DNA of 64,000 bases from positions 27,838,001 through 27,902,000 of the forward strand of contig CM068744.1 in the NCBI GenBank assembly GCA_035084275.1, read 5' to 3'. The position numbers were made by a program, and so were the translations under genes. The first letter of the stretch is position 1. Each line of letters starts with the position of its first letter. The DNA comes from Hydrolagus colliei (lineage: Eukaryota). Under the pieces are notes generated by a model. It saw only the letters and a list, made by a program, of their open reading frames with translations, was not told where the DNA came from and did no database searches. Positions 35,816 through 49,743 of this stretch are shown here, piece by piece.

Positions 35816-36914
35816 AGCCAATAATCCTTTCTGTTGATAAAGGGCCTTTCACGTTGGAAGGACATCTCAAAGTATTTCACAGGATTTACTGTAAAGTGTA
35901 GTTTGTATGTGAACATAACAACCAATTTGTGCAGAGTAATACCCCACAAACAGCAGTGTGCTTCACAGGATGCCGTTTGCTATAAAGTGTATTTTTTAGG
36001 CGAAAGGTGGCAGCCAATTGCAATAATCCTTGTAGCACTTCGGGATGACCTCCTGACATGAATGGTGCTATATAAATGCTATATGATGTTTGTTATTGTA
36101 ATAGAGGTGTTTAAAATTATGAAAAATTAACATAAATAGGCTGTTCTCACTGGCTGGGGAGCTCATACCCAGGGGACACACATATAAGATATTGATTTGC
36201 GTGAAGTTAGATAAAGAGAATTTAGGAGGAACTGAAATGTTCAACTGATGTTCCATCTGCTCGTTCAGTGGAATGTTAAAGATCCCTTGGCACTATTTTA
36301 AAAGAGGAGTTTCCCCCAGGGTCCTGGTAAACAATCCCCCAAATTGATCACTCATCCCATGGTTGTTAGTGGGATATTACTGTGATGTCGAATTTCGCCC
36401 ACAAAATACAGGTAATTCACTTTACATTATATCCCGTGAGGCACTTTGAGATGTCTCAATGACGCGCTAAAAGGCACAGTATGAAATGCAAGGATGATGA
36501 TTATTATTATTATCATAGAAGAGTATGGGAAGGAGTTCCGATTGGGTAAACACGCATGGACTTTAAACAGCATTGACTGATTGGGATGGATGGCCTGTCT
36601 CAGTGCTGTATATTCTTTTCAGACATCCTCCTGATGTGAAAGGAGCTCTATAAATGTAGTTTTGTTGTTGTTGTTGTTTGTTGTTGTTGTAAATCTGTGT
36701 AAGTCAGTACTGTATAAGCATTTATCAGGTATAGCATGACCGGTATCATTGGACAGCATCATTGTAGTCCTGGGTGAGTGTGAACTGCAACGAAACTGTG
36801 TAGCTTGTCATCCTTTACCTGATTACTGTTATTCCCCCAAAAAACATGGTTTAGCACATGAAACCCTCCTGCTTCTTTATTTAATTTTCCAAACCAACCA
36901 ATAAGCATTGCTTT

Positions 36915-38043
36915 AAGCAAAATAGAAGCCAGTGGTATTAAAGGGACAGTGGCAGCATGGATACAGAACTGACTCAGAGACAGAAAGCAGAGAGTGGTGA
37001 ACGGTTGTTTTTCCGGTTGGAGAGAAGTGTGCAGTGGTGTCCTCCAAGGTTCGGTACTGGGACCACTGCTGTTTTTGGCCTACATAATTGACCTGAACTT
37101 GGGTATAGGAAGTACAATTTCCAAGTTTACAGATGGTACGAAGCTGGGAAAAGTAGTAAACAATGAGAAGGAGAATAGCCGATTCTAAGAGGACTTAGAC
37201 TAGTAAAATGGGCAGACAAGTGGCAGATGGAATTTAATGTGGATAAATGCGAAGTGATGCATTTTAGAAGGAAGAATGAGGAGAGGCAGAATAAACTACA
37301 TGGTAGAATCTTAAAGGGGGTGAAGGACCAAAGAGGCCTGGAGGTTCATATAAGTACATCTTTGAATGTGGCAAGACACAGGTAGATAAAGCTGTTAAAC
37401 AACAACAAACAACAAAATTACATTTGTACAGCACCTTTCACATCAGGAGGATGTCCCAAGGCTCTGGACAGTTATTGATTCAGATCCGAGATGAGGACAG
37501 GGGGGCTGGGGGGGGGAAGTTGTTGCCAATGGGTTCATTAAAGAGTAGTCTTGAGATGAGACTTGGAGGAGGTTAGGGAGGGGGCGAGGCAGAGGGACTT
37601 CAGGATGTAGTTCCAGAGGTTGGGGGCAGAGTTATCAAGTGAGGCTAGAGAAGCTAGGATTATTTTTCTTGGAGCAGAGAGGGTTAAGAGGTTAAGTTTT
37701 AAAAATTTTGAGGAATTTAATACGAATACAAGGAGAAACTATTTCCACTGACAAGTGAGTCGAGGACACTGATTTTAAATAGTTGGTAAAGAAACAGAGG
37801 GGAGGTGAGGATAATTTTTTTTCATACTGCGAGTTGTTCGGATCTGGAATGCATTGCCTGAAAGTGTGGTGGAAGCCAATTCGATAACAACTTAAGCAGA
37901 TAATTATTTGGGGAGCACACATTTGCAGGGCTGTGGGGAGAGAACAGGGGATTGGGATTGATTTGGATCGCTTTTTTCAAAGAGATGGCACAGGAACAAT
38001 GGGCCAAATGGTTTCCTTATGTGCTGTATAATTCTATGATTCT
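36915..38043 (+). mobile_element. CR1 LINE fragment with RT motifs, interrupted by an antisense L2 3' end (37398-37630)
   Basis: VNGCFSGWREVCSGVLQGSVLGPLLFLAYIIDL..ISKFTDGTKL (decayed GVPQGS and FADD motifs); ends GGGCCAAATGG..ATTCTATGATTCT. Confidence 0.9.
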
Positions 38044-39246
38044 TTGATACAGCACCTTTCATGTCAGAAAGACATCTCAAAGCATATCATTGGATTTACC
38101 GTAAAGTGTAATGACTGCGCATTTTGTATGCGAACCTAACAGTCCATTTGTGCAGACCAAAACCCTGCAGACACTTGTGTGAATGTGGAACTTTCAATCT
38201 AGTTTTGATATGCGTAAACATGGTTAGTTATATATCTCATTAAAGGACAGCATCTAGAACAATGCTGCACTCTATTGAAGTGTCCGTCTAAACTACGAGT
38301 TCTGCGTCCTAACTTAGGGCATGAACCTTCTGATTCAGAGGTGAGAATGCTATTGATTGAGACAGGCTGGCAGATTATTGGTGAGACATCTCAAAGCGCT
38401 TCACAGGCTATACTTTGTATTTTGTGGGTGAAACTCGAAAAACAAAATAAATTTTCCACTAATGTAAAAAAAAAGTGCCCTCAGATGTGGCATCTATTGC
38501 ACTGCACTAATTGTAATCTGTGATTCTCTGGATAACTCTGCCAGCTTGCTATGGTTTGTGTAAATCAAAACTGATTAAGTTTCTTGTACTGATCTCAGCA
38601 AGGAGCCTGGATGGCCTCCAGACTGTTGGCGCTCAATTTTTGATTCTGAAGCAGCGATCGGTGATACATAACCATGAGTCTCATCCGGATTTAAAGTTGT
38701 TATCCTTTTCATCATGCGGCTGTTGCTGTTCATTCTGTTCAGGTCTTTGGTAATTAAATAAGTCTGAACGTGGCTTCCGTGACAAGCTGTCAGGATTTTT
38801 GTGCTCACTTTCTCTCTAGTTGTGGATGGCAAAGTTACAGAACTTAATTTTATGCTCTTTCGTGCCTCTGCACCTGTGCTGACACAACATGGCTCGCAGT
38901 GTCTCAACACACTGGTTTGTGCTGTTTTATTCTACAGCACGAAGCGCCGTTTTGCACTGCGCAATAAATATTCATTAACCAACTTAAATCTGCTCCGATG
39001 TGCTTTTTATTGACGCGCTTCAATTTTTGACATGCATGAAGAGAAGATGCCCTCACGTATCATCCCAAATACAGAGACCATGCTGTGGCTGAGACGGGGA
39101 GACAAGATAAAGGATAAAATGTAAAATACACAAAAGCATGTTATTTCTTATTTCTTTCTAAGTTTTTCATGGCAAGGCTTTGATTAGACAGATCATGCAT
39201 CTGAATTAGGAACATTAGTTGAAATTCCACCTGTGTCTAGATTTTG

Positions 39247-39415
39247 TTAATATAGCATTTCAGAGCACCCAGAATCTGGCAAATTCTTGAATATAGGTTT
39301 ACTGCTGAGGCTGTTTTTCTTTTTCTTTTAAACTATTTATAGAAAAAAAAACTTTAAAATTAAGATTGAATTCAACAATTTGTCAAATTCTGGACGTTCT
39401 AAAATTTTATGTTAA
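39247..39415. mobile_element. Small degenerate MITE (other copies 62463-62624 and partial 59133-59185)
   Basis: About 39-bp imperfect inverted ends TTAATATAGCATTTCAGAGCACCCAGAATCTGGCAAATT / AATTTGTCAAATTCTGGACGTTCTAAAATTTTATGTTAA. Confidence 0.6.
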
Positions 39416-40258
39416 TACAGTAGATTAAATTTAGACCCAGGTGGAATTGTGGAATTTGACCACAATAGAATTATAAGAATAGGAAAAAGGTTATTCTCCC
39501 TTTGTTCCTGCCAATTTATTAGATTTATTAAATTATGCTGCCAGACACTATCCTGAGGGAAGTCCAGTATATATCCAAGTTGATTTTGTTGTTGGTATCT
39601 CAAGCCTGCTCCTTCCACTGTCTGCACAAACATTACTATAATATACTTCACTCCTGTGGTCTTACTCTACCTACTCAAGTCTCCTCGGGCAAGATTTCTC
39701 ACAGTAAATCCCTAAACAAATGGTTATCCATTCATGTGCTTAAATATGTTGATTGATGCAACAACAATCAACTGCTTTTGTTGTTATTATTATGCTGGGA
39801 ATACAATTTTTCATTTTTTGGACCCATTTGAAGCATTTAAATTGTACCAACCAGTTGGGCCGTATGGTCTAAGAAGCTAAATAAAAAGCAATAAAAGCAA
39901 TAATTTCAAATGGGATTACTTAATTACTTAAAGAGAGTGCAAGTACATCACGTTGACTTGTAGGAACTCCCTCTGATGATATCTAGTGAATGCGGATCCC
40001 ACAGGTCAGTAAATGTGCATAAAATATGCCTGTTCTAGCAACGAGCCCCCACTTGGATCATTAATTAAGCAATCCCATCTAAGATTGTTGCACTTTAGAT
40101 CCCTAAATCACATAACATGCTTATATTTACCTAATGTACAACATTCATGTCTTGGCTTGCTTGTTATTCTCTACTCTACTGTGCCTGCCAGTTGAGGTGG
40201 CACCTTTGCCTATTGTATAATAGTACTTCTTGGCTTTCCCTTTGCTAAATAGAAAAGT

Positions 40259-40576
40259 GGAGTCCTGTAGCATTTTGGTTAGAACACTTGGCTCACAAGC
40301 GAGAGAACCTGAGTTCAATTTGGCAGGGCGAAATCTTAGGCAGGTTTTTCACTCCACACACTTCTGTTTACCTAGCAGTAACAACAACAACAACTAAATT
40401 ATATTTGTATAGGGCCTTTCCCATCAGGAGGGTGTCCCAAGGCACTGGAAAGTAGGAACCCAGTAAGTAGGAACCCGGTTGTTAATCGATTGGTAGATCG
40501 CTTTTCTGGGGGTAATAATCCCTTTTTTAAAAAAAAACCCGATAAGGCGCAGTATGAAATGCAAGGATTATTATTG
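40259..40576 (+). mobile_element. tRNA-derived SINE (long type) carrying an antisense L2 tail of about 70 nt at 40380-40449
   Basis: SINE body breaks after CCTAGCAGTA and resumes with duplicated AGTAGGAACCC. Confidence 0.82.
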
Positions 40577-40980
40577 TTAATATTATTATCTATCATTTTG
40601 AATCTTTCTTGTTTGATTTACATGCATCATAGTTTTAGCTACACCAACTATTTCTTGTTTAATTAATTATTTTTTTGGCTGCAGCACCTCACTTGTCTTG
40701 GCTGCTTTTATTTCTATGTTACTTATTTTCATTGGACAACAATCAGCATTTGTATTCACATTCCTGGTGTGTCCATGATATTATTCTATTTAGGCATTTC
40801 TGGATTAGCTCTGTTGTTCGTGAATGTCCTCCTGTCGTGAAAGGTGCTATATAAGTGTCATTTTGTTATTGTTGTGAAGCAGTTCATATTTGCTGTAATT
40901 ACCTTGTTTCACTTTATTTGGTGTTATAGCTCTGCTTCATGTTTGTTTGGCCCCTGTGAAGCATTTACCAGTGGTAGTTG

Positions 40981-41323
40981 ATAATAATGATAATCCTTGC
41001 ATCTGGCATAGTCCCTTATCAAGTTGCTGAGGCTTCACAGAATATAAAGTTAATTGTCTGTATTTTGGTGGATGAAACACGGTAGTCAATTGCATACAAC
41101 ATTGTCCCCGACAAGTCATGGATTGAGTGACCAATTTAAAAAATATATAATTGCTCTCTGAAAGCGATTTGCTAATCAACTAACAACGAGGTTCTTACTT
41201 ACTGCTAGATAAACTGAGGAGTGTGGAGTAAGGAAACTTGCCAAAGAATTTGGCCCCCCTTGGAATCAAACCCGGGACTTCCCGTTTACGAGGCGATTGT
41301 GCTACACATTACGTCAAGGGACT
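40981..41323 (-). mobile_element. tRNA-derived SINE, long subfamily
   Basis: Reverse-complement match including the internal block. Confidence 0.85.
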
Positions 41324-43929
41324 CTATGTGTATGTCTAGTCTTATCAAATCATTGAAAGATCTTAAAATAATTCACAGGATTTACTATAAGGTAAGTAAG
41401 TACTATAAATTCCAGTGTGTGTGTATGTTCATGTATTTTGTATGCAAAAACGGCAGCCAATTTGTGCACTTTTTCTTTAACTGGGGGATTGTTGGCCAGG
41501 AAACTTGAAGAAATACCCTTGTCTTTTCAAATACTGTACTACCATGTCATTCTAACATCTACCTAAACAGACAGACAGACAGGATTTCAGTTTACGTCTT
41601 ATCTGAAGGATGGCACCCCCGACGATGTAATTCCTTTCAGAATCTTGATATGACCTTGCTGAGTGTCAGCCAAAGCTTGATGCTTCTTCCTCTGTGTCTC
41701 TAACTGATGACACCATCAGTGTTATATTTGGATCTTAGTAGATGTAGCCTTTTATTTTTTAAAATCAATTCAGTAACTACACCAGGCAAAGCAGACATGG
41801 TATTACTGTAATTAGGCAAGGCGTTAGCTCAATCCTAAACTCTCCAAAGGTAGAGAGCTAGACCTCCAAGCAGAGCATCATGAGTTTCAGGCTCAGCTGA
41901 GATGCCCTCACTTGGGTTGCTCTAGGCTCATGATGGAGTCCACAATGGATCCTTCAGCTTAGATTGGTACAAATTGCACTGGTAATAACACGTGTCTTGG
42001 GAAAATTTCACTGCAAACTTGTACCAGAACTGTAGATGTGAAAGAAACCTTCCACAGGATCACATGATTAGTCTGGATGAAGAAGGAAGGCTTTCTGGCC
42101 CATTCCTCCAAAACACCCACCCTACCATAAACCTCATCCATGCTTTCTAAATGATTCCATTACGACAGCCGTCACCACCTTGCCTTGCAACCTGTTATAG
42201 TCATTGATTAAGCACAGCATAAACAAACTTATTTTGTGTTCTTATTGCACTGTGAAAATGTTATTTCTTAACTCATCTCTGACACCTATACTGAAGCACC
42301 ATTGATCTCACTTATGGCCCAATACTGAGTGGTATTGCTTCGACTTGGATGCAAGTTTCATTGGGTTAAAAAAAATCCTGAGACATTGCATCGCTGAGAA
42401 GTATCATGGGTGATAAAACAGGATTATGGTGCTTTTCCAATTCTTTCCAATAGGTTTTGGTGGACACTGCATGTCATTTGCATGATATGAATGACAAGGT
42501 CATCATTCATGTCACAAACAATGCTTCAACGTACATTATTCATAACAAATAAAATGTCATCATTGATTTACTGACTGACACTCTGTGCTTTTATAGAACT
42601 GTATCTGGCCCTTTGAGTGTGCAATTTTGTTTTCTCTATTTTTCTTTTGAAACTAGAGTGGGGAATAATTTCAACTATTAATACTAATTATAACTTAATG
42701 ACCAGTGCATATTCGCCAGGGGACTAATTTTGATGTATAAATAAGGCTGTTGGATGAATGGCTCAGATCCATTTCAGAAATCATACAAAAAGTGTTAATA
42801 GATGGATTATTAACCCCTTGACTACCAAGCAAATTCGCATCTCTGTGCTGATTTTTTTTGGTACAATTTCAGCCAATTGCAGAAGTAGTGTGAAATTAGG
42901 GCGTGATGGCATTTGAAAGCCAGAAGAAAGATCTTGAAGCTAATTTCCTAGGAGTGATTATTAACTCTTAGACTACCGAGTACCTTCCTGTCTCTGCGCC
43001 AATTCCTTCTGTGGAATTTCAGCTAACACACTGTGCCACTTAAAAATAACCATTCGGCTAAAATTTGCAGTAGTTTTTGAGTGTTCCTTTTTCCATTTAA
43101 GAAACGTTTGGTATTTACCAGCAGGTGGCGTACCTGTCCCCAGGTAAGGAGTAGCATTCTGCTACAATGCGCTTTGTTACAGGTTCGCGAACTGTGAGTG
43201 ACCTTAAAATGGTCCTTACTCAAAATCATCATAAAATGATAATAATTATTGCATTCGATGCAGTGTCTTTCATGTAAGAAGGACATCTCGGAGCACTTCA
43301 CAAGATTCACTGTAAAGTGTAGTGACTGTGTAGTTTTGTAGGCCAGTCAAACTTTTTAAAATGTGAATGCTGGCTAGCTTCATTGGCTTTTGAAATTTGA
43401 TATACAATATTTGGTAAGTAAATGTAAGCGGGCAGATTGCCAAATGTGGTACGAGTAAATCCATGTACAGTAATAAGAAAGTACATTAGAACAACTATGC
43501 ACCATTTGTTTCTCTTCACCTCCCAGCAATGGCACTTTATTTATTTTACACACTCTTATTTCTATAGTAAAGTTACCGGGATTGAAATAAAATGCGTCTT
43601 TTAGTTCTTTAATACTCTCATATATTTCCTGCTCCCTATTTCTCTCAAACTTTTAAAGGCTAAATTTTCTAAAATAGAGGTGATGTGCAGCACATCATGG
43701 ACAATTCCATTCTGTCAATGTCTGGACGAGGAGTTGGATGACCGGCAAGTGCATCACAATGATAACAACAACAAGGACAAAATTACACTTGTGTAGTGCC
43801 TTTCACATCGGGAGTAAGCCTCAAATCCAGCCAACAATGAGCATTGGACAACATCTTGCACTTATGTATAGCGCCTTCCTAGGATAACATCTTGTGTCTG
43901 TTTTACAGAGATGCAATGGACACCTGAGC

Positions 43930-44230
43930 AACTAGAGGGAGTAGATGAGAGTTGATGCTGGTGGATAGTTGAAGAGGTAGGTTTTCAGAAGGAGTTTGAA
44001 AGCAGAGGGAAGGTGATAATTGGAAGGACTTTGGGAGGGAGTTCCAAACCGCAGGAGCATAATGGCTGAAAACGTGGTCGCTGGTTGTGGATCAGAGGGA
44101 CTTGTGACATGCATCAAGTTCACATTTGCAGAATATACGGGGAAGTAGGGCAGAATAAACTGCAGATGTAGGGTGAAAGAAGGGAGTGGAGGCATTTGAA
44201 AATTCAACAAATATATTGAAGTCAATCTGC
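43930..44230 (-). mobile_element. Decayed L2 fragment
   Basis: SAFKLLLKTYLFNY motif, similar to the other L2 ORF2 ends. Confidence 0.65.
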
Positions 44231-44984
44231 TAGGAGTGTTGGACTCATTGTGCTTAATGTGGAAATCGTTCTGGATAGTATTCGAGTGAAACTAAACAGG
44301 TTACAGACTTAATTTGTTTGGGATCTGATGAAGAATCTGTCACCTCCTGCTTGTTTAAAATCAAACTCAGGTTGGACGTTGCAGAAAGCAAAGATATTTT
44401 TTATATTTGCAGTGCTAAAACAAAGGAATGCATCCCATGCACAGAAAACAAGGTTTAATGACTGCCAATATTTAAATGAATGGTTTTAAATTTATGTAAT
44501 TTCATAATGCTTTCAATGTGATAATTATTTTTGAATACATTTGGAAACTGAAAATTTCACTCTAAGAAACGTGGAAAGTTTCAGCAGCGAAGAAGACTGT
44601 TTAGTTTTTTTGATCTGTGCCCTCTTTATTCGAAGCTCTTAAATTGTTATTTCCAATTGGGTCATACAGTAGTTTATAAATGCCTTCTGGTTGTTTTTCA
44701 CCCAGATTTTGGATTTCTTGTAATGTGGTGTATCATAGGAGGAAAGGGGCCTGGTTGTGCAATAACTACTTTAAATTCTGGAACTGTGTGGGGATGTTTT
44801 CTTCAGGAGTAGAAAAAACGCACCAGAATTATATTTATTATTTATCAGCACTGTGCAATTCTGTGCAATCCAGTCAATAAGATCTGTTTAAAGTTCTGCT
44901 ACTGAAAATCTACTGACATCAGTATTGCCACCTGCACACAAAGGCAAAATAAAATCCATATCACAGTCATTTAGGCATCTGTCT

Positions 44985-45410
44985 ACTCAGTTGGTAATAT
45001 TCTTGCCCTCTGCACCTTGGGATGTCCTCCCAATGTGAAAGGTGCTATACAAATGCTATTTTGTTGCTGTTGTTAAATTAGAAGGTTGTGGATTCAAACC
45101 CCACATCGGGACTTTAAACTCACATAGTCTAGACTCTAGACATATGTCTGCCTCTTCAAGTGGATGTTAAAAATTCCATGGCATTATTGTAAAAGTGATG
45201 GGAGTTTCTCTGAGTGTCCTGTACAACAATCTGCCAGTAAAATTATAATTTGCTTCATGACTGTTTGTTGCATATTGTTGTGTGCAAAGTAATGGCTGCC
45301 TTGGCCTACAAAATACCCAGACACTGCACTTTGCAGTAAATCCTATGAAACGCTTTGAGATCTCCTCCCAATGTGAAAAGTACCATATTAAATACAAGGA
45401 TTATTATTAT
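44985..45410 (+). mobile_element. Deu-type SINE with L2 tail inserted at about 45010-45073
   Basis: CTCAGTTGGTAATATTCTTGCC head, GTGGATGTTAAAAATTCCATGGC core, AAGGA(TTA)n tail. Confidence 0.7.
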
Positions 45411-47839
45411 TTATCATTTCCTCTCTTCTCTGGCCCCAATTCTTCATCAACTACCACATGGGATACTCCCTCAAAGTTTCCTTTTCTGCCTCTTTTGGTC
45501 CTTTTGGAACCAAGACCATTTTGTCCTTCTTACATATTCTTTTTCTCAATCATTTCCTTCCTTCCTCCAATCAAACTTTGTTTTTTCACATTGATTTTGC
45601 TTGATACCGTTCTTAATCTTGGTCTTTATTGAAAACGGGTTCAATTGTAGACATGTTGCATTGGTAAATGATGTATCCAGATGAGATTATGAGAGTACTT
45701 TTCCCCAGCTTCTTTTGTGACTGGCATTTGTGATTACTGGTTTCAAATTATATACCAATAAAAATAATCCTTGCATTTGATATAGTGCTTTCCACATCGT
45801 CTAGATGTCTCAAAGTGCTTCACAAAATATACTGTAAAGTGAATTGACTGTATGTATGTGGGCGAAACGATAGCTCACATAAAACAATAGCTCTTTTGTG
45901 AAGGAACACTTCAACTTAAAGTTAGCAGTTACCACCTTGTTAGCCCTTCAGAGTTGTTGGTAGTGTGTCCGTGTGAATGTGCGGTGTGTGTAATTGTATG
46001 TGTATGGGGTGGGGATTGGGTATTAGTGCATGTGTGTATTTGTGTGAGAGGGAGATATTGCCTTCCGAAGACTGCACTCTTTTTCTGGAAAGATGCCTTC
46101 ACCTGATTCCATCTCCAATTTTAGCTGTATTGTTCAGGATCATTTCCTTTGTTTCTGAACTGTTCTGAACTCATTAGTGCTGCACGCCATTCTACTGGTG
46201 GTGCATAATGAATTGTATTAAACACATTCTTGGCAGATGTAAAATGCTTCTTCCACGTGTCTTTTTTAATCTATCGTTTTTCTCTTGCATTTTTCAGGTA
46301 TTCTGCATTCTGTTTGAGAATGGCACAAACCCTTAACTGTCCAGCTAAAGGATGGGATGTCCTTCCGACATGAAAGGCTGTGTATAAATGTCATTTATTT
46401 TGTTGCTGTATAAGTGCTGCTGTGCTTTCTTAGATCAGGACTTGGAATGTGTCTCGTGATCCTTGCCCTATTTCCATCCATTTTTAGGTGATTTCTTCAA
46501 GGATTCTCCTATGTACAGCATAAAGGACTGCTGTACACAGATAGGTTGGTGCATTTGGAACTATTCTCTTCTCGGGGGAAGAAGGGCATGGTTTGAAGAC
46601 CCATACCAGGCTTGAATTCTTAATCTAGAATGACTCTCTTGGGCGAGAAGTTAAACCCAATGTCAGTTAAGGTGGATGTTAAAGATTCAAGGGCATTCTT
46701 TGAAGAGCCAGGAGTTTTCCAGATGAAATGGTCAGTTTTCCCCCCACCCAACGCCAAATTTGATTCAATAGATCTCACTTCTCTTACCATATAATTGTTG
46801 TATGCGAGATGTTTGCTTGTTGCTTCTGCATGACATTGTGGTGAGACATGGTTAGCCTCAAGACAGTGCCTGTTTAACAGCTCCCTGCTCTTCTATTCTG
46901 TGCAGCATTCATACTGAAAATACCGCCCAGGTTTCCAAACCGCTCTTCTAAGAACACCTCACTGTGATTCCACAAAAATGTCTATGCCCCACAGAACAGA
47001 GCAAAACAGACAACAAAATATTATTATTTCTAAATGACTAATGACACTGCCCCATGTGATAAGAGTGAAATAAATGACAGGGTGGAGAGATTTATGCCCA
47101 AGTAAATTCACAGTGGCAGCCTGCATAACCTATTCGTCCTTTAGACTTACAGTTGTGTGATCCAATGTCAATCCTTTTGTTCAGTTTTGCATATATTGCC
47201 ACTCCCCAGTGTTTATGTTATATGTGCATGCATAATGTAAAGGATCGTGCACAGGGAATACGCAGGGAAAAGACCTAATCAATTAAGGTTTTCCTCCTTT
47301 TTGTGTGTCTCTTGATGCTGTTGTTGAAGGACAAGGGGACTGAAATGACAGTGGTGATTAAAAGGGATGATCCCGATTTAAGAAATCTGATATGAGAACT
47401 GAGGATTCCCATAAGAACATTCATAAAGCCTGCAGAGAGAGATGGGGGTGGGGTGGCTGTGCTGATTTGTGGAGCTGTGATAGAGGAGTAAGCTCGGAAA
47501 CAGATTCTCCCTGTCTATGTTATGATCTTTCTTGCTCTATAGCTAACGAATTGCATAATGTTAGATTTTTTTTGAAATGTGAGACTAAATCTGTTTCTGT
47601 AGCTTCACAATTAGACAGCGTGAGAGCCACTGTGCGTCTCACATTATTGTGTGTTAATTCCAGGTGGAAGTGGAATATATACTGTACAGTATATAAAATA
47701 AAGTGGTGTAGTCCTTTGCCATTTTTTTTTAAAAAACTGTCTCTTTCGCAGAAAATGTTAATTGCTAAAAAAAAATACAGCAGTAAATGTTAAGATTGTT
47801 ATAGTTCATTTGCAATTACATATCAGGCTATAATCAGTC

Positions 47840-47873
<34 letters not shown>

Positions 47874-48989
47874 TCTGCTTTGGATTTGTGCTGCAAATTT
47901 AAGAGATTTTGTACATGTCACTGTTAGAAATAAAATAATTCAAATTGTTCATGAATTTTCAGAGTTGTTGCTATCACATCAGTAGATCAGCTGTTTCAAA
48001 ATTGGTTGCTTTGTTATGAATATGCAAACCCCATATAATCCTGCAATAAAGTATAAATGAACTCATTTTCAGCCATAAGATTACCTTTCTGCTGAGAGTT
48101 TAGGTCCCAAACCTCTAAATGCTAGAAAAAAAAGCTGGAATCGCTCAAAGTATGAGTGTAGTGTGAGTGTATTTTCAGTCTCTGGGTCCTTGTAATATAA
48201 ATGTAGCACCTGTCCTAATCAATGTGGTTTTGAATGCAGAATATCACAATGGGGGCAGTGTGCCGCCACTGCTGTCTGTCTACAAGTGTGAATATCCCAA
48301 AGCATCAGCACTCCAAGTGCAAATGAGGTATCAATGGTTTCCTCAACGTTAGTGGTGGGGAAGCTTCACAGCGGTGTGACCCTCATTATTCTTTGTGACT
48401 GAGGGTGGAGTTGGCTTTAAAATTAGTCCAGAACTTGTCCCCCAGGGGGGAGGGGAGGTGGGGGGAGACCTTTCCTGATTATTCATTTGACCATCTTACT
48501 GTTTTGATCATTTACTTCAGTGAATGATGACTTACCAGAGTTACCAGAGCTCGGTCCCTGATGATGACAATAATAATGATAATAAAACCTTTTCACGTAT
48601 TTGAATTGTAAAATCGGGATTAGGCTCTCTCCTCTCCACTCTACTGTATGTATCATATATATATATATTTGAGGGGCAGTGGTCTGATGCTCATTGAATA
48701 TATAGTTAAGGTCCTCCAACATTTTACTCTGAAACAAATTAGGTGGCAGCAGTGAGGATCATGCATAATATTGACATTTCATGTCTTTGGCTGTAGTAGA
48801 GTGAGGATAATTCCAAAATCCCTCCCCTCCCCCCCCCACCCCTCCAGACAGACACAGAGTTAAAAGTACAAGACTTCACTCCCCCCCCCCCCCCCCCCCA
48901 CCAGCACTGAGATGTATTATTATTGCATCTGTATGGGGGGGAAACACAAATCCTCTAGAATTTCAAGTGAAATCTCTGCATTGTCGGAT

Positions 48990-48995
48990 TTTATT
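48990..48995 (-). promoter_or_regulatory. Candidate polyadenylation signal
   Basis: AATAAA on the minus strand followed about 40 nt later by GU-rich GGATTTGTGTTT; other minus-strand AATAAA at 49409-49414 and 50032-50037. Confidence 0.35.
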
Positions 48996-49083
48996 TTTCT
49001 TGTGTGAAAAAAAATGTTGTGCTTTGCATCAGTAATGTGTTTCTGCAGCAGTCAAGGACAAGCTTTGAGTACCCGCTTGTTGT

Positions 49084-49133
<50 letters not shown>

Positions 49134-49709
49134 TAGAAACCACACAGCTCTTCAGGACTGAGTGTGAATTTAATATCACAAGTCATGGAAAATAGATTAA
49201 CAAATCAGATTTTTTTAAACCTCTCCCGCCCCCAACAAAAAATGCAGCTCTTTTTTTTCTCTTCTTTTTCTCTCGCTTTCTCCCTCTCATCTCTCTCCAC
49301 ACATGATATATATAAATGTATGCACACACAACACGCACACACACACTCTCATCAACTGTTTGCTGCTTCTAAACGTGCGATGGAGTCGTTTGTATAATTC
49401 TGAAACCATTTATTGTTGGTCCTCTGGGTTATGTAGAACAACTCTTGCCTTTGACAGTGTGGGTGAGGAGAGGGAAGGGGGAGGTGGGGGGTGGGGAGAT
49501 AACAGCTTGTGGGCTAGTGATGGTCACGTTAAGTTTCAGCAGAATATGCCTCACTCAAATGGTGCAGCCAAGTTAAGCGAACATGAGTGTGAGCAGGGTT
49601 TCAGCTTGACTCACTCTCTCTCTCTCTCTCTCTCTCATGGATTGAAAAATCTGCCATTTTTTTGAGGGTGGGTGGGGAGGAAAGAGAGAGAGAGAGAGTG
49701 AGTGAGTGA

Positions 49710-49743
<34 letters not shown>

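Noticed and set aside
46275-46336. Strong plus-strand acceptor TTTTTCTCTTGCATTTTTCAG with short tail
   Set aside because: Immediately followed by L2 and SINE debris; no other support.
47107-47117. miR-27-like TTCACAGTGGC
   Set aside because: Only 11 nt and no hairpin; at most a target site on a minus-strand UTR.
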